64,000 nt of DNA from the human T2T-CHM13v2.0 reference genome, Homo sapiens: the NCBI RefSeq assembly GCF_009914755.1, contig NC_060939.1; one strand, given 5' to 3'. Of this stretch, positions 62,601-64,000 are shown piece by piece (position 1 is the first letter of the stretch; the number at the start of each line of letters is the position of its first letter). Position numbers and translations under genes: made by a program. The notes under the pieces were generated by a model, which worked only from the letters and a program-made list of their open reading frames with translations, did no database searches and was not told where the DNA came from.

Positions 62601-64000
62601 TATCTTTCTTCGTTACTCCAGGATTTGGAGCAGAGCCCAGAACTGCACAAAACACTAGGCTTTAGCACTAAATATGTTTGCATTCCTGGCAACACATTAC
62701 CCTTTTCTAATTACAAAGTTTATAATTTGCCTAAGCTGAATTGGGGAAGAGAATGGGGAGATGGAGGGGGACTAATTATAGAGCAGGGATCTGTTGGAGT
62801 GGGGCTTGTGAGTGTCCAGGCAGGAGAGAACCACAGGGCCAATGACACCCGGGGGCTGAGTCTATGGCAGGATAATTAGGAGATGGAGATAGGAATTGGA
62901 ACACAGTGAGGTGAATTTAAACAAAAATTATTATTTCGGGTAACTAGATGGGACTGCAAGATAATCTGTGAGGCCACTACTGATAATTTCCCCAGTGAGA
63001 AATGATGGGGAGGTTTCCAGAGGCTGGGAGAGTTGTAGACTGACAGTCTATGAGGTGGAGCCGTAACTGGGCAGCAGGGACCGGGGTCCCGAACCAAGCA
63101 GGAGGTGGTAAGTAGTTCGGTCTAAGCTGCGGAGAGTACAGATGGCAGGCAATCCTAGAGGACAGGGAATTTCCACGGCTGGGTTATTGCAAGGCTAGAC
63201 TGCAGCAAAGGGCAGGGTAGTTTCAAGAAAGGCTAAAGTCAGAGCAGAGGCAAATTGAGACATAAAGAGGTGGTTTTTCTAGCCTGCCAGCTGCTCTCAG
63301 ACTTGCATCTGGGGTGTGTTGGGGAATGATCCTGGATCCTCCTTGATATCATCCCTTCTAGCCTGCCCATCTCCCAGCCTCCCTTAACCTCGGTAACTCC
63401 TACATCTGTATCCACAAAGTTTCTTGAGTCTTTTAGGAAGAGATCAAATTTCCAGCCAGTGTCCCCTATTGGAGCAATGCATCTCCTCAGTTTCATGCCA
63501 GCTTTGAGTTTTTACTGGTTTTGATATGCCTCCAAAGGTTCAAACGAACCAGAAGCTAGAGAATATCTTATGTGTGAAGAGAGAGCCCTTTCTTTATAGA
63601 AAGTCTACTGTTCTTAGGCTTATTAAAATATCTGTTCACTGGACTGTACGGGACATGAGGGCAGGAGCTTGTTTTATTCTCCTGGGTGCTCCCAGCGCCT
63701 GGCATAGGCCCTCCAGGCAGTAGGTGCCCCTGAAGTGTTGGAGGAATCAATGCCTGCCATTGACGAAGACAGTGAAGTAAGGCCACACCCCTAGGGAGGG
63801 ACGACCAGAAAAGGAGAAAATGAAGTTGGAGAGGTGGGCAGGGTGTCATTCAGCAAGGGTCCTGTATGGCCAAATCAACGGCAGTAGTTTCGAAGCCGCT
63901 AAGAGAGTTTAGGCCATGAGGCGGGGGCTGATGGTGTCAGGGAACTGAGGTGAGAGCTGTGCTAAGGCAGTGCCAGTGGAATGGAGTGAAGGGCTCATTC

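Overview
Primate (human/ape-like) non-coding genomic DNA dominated by interspersed repeats. It holds about 22 Alu copies, a 5.6-kb 5'-truncated L1PA3/4-type element with broken ORFs, a twin-primed L1PA with a 5' inversion, old L1M/L2/MIR fragments, many solo LTRs (MaLR, ERVL, ERV1) and MER2/MER20/MER3 DNA-transposon fossils. I can support no protein-coding exon, RNA gene or CRISPR array: the long ORFs are L1 remnants, Alu-derived or microsatellite-derived. I found no new gene system. The most unusual structures are: (1) a ~360-bp-arm inverted repeat whose left arm was split by the 5.6-kb L1, with arm identity falling outward; (2) a ~90-nt polyadenylated, TSD-flanked retrocopy that looks like only the R region of an LTR12/ERV9 LTR; (3) a 354-bp non-retrotransposed duplication 4 kb from its donor; (4) small template-switch scars; (5) a short L1 3' transduction. 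Repeat family names come from my recollection of consensus sequences, and boundaries are approximate.
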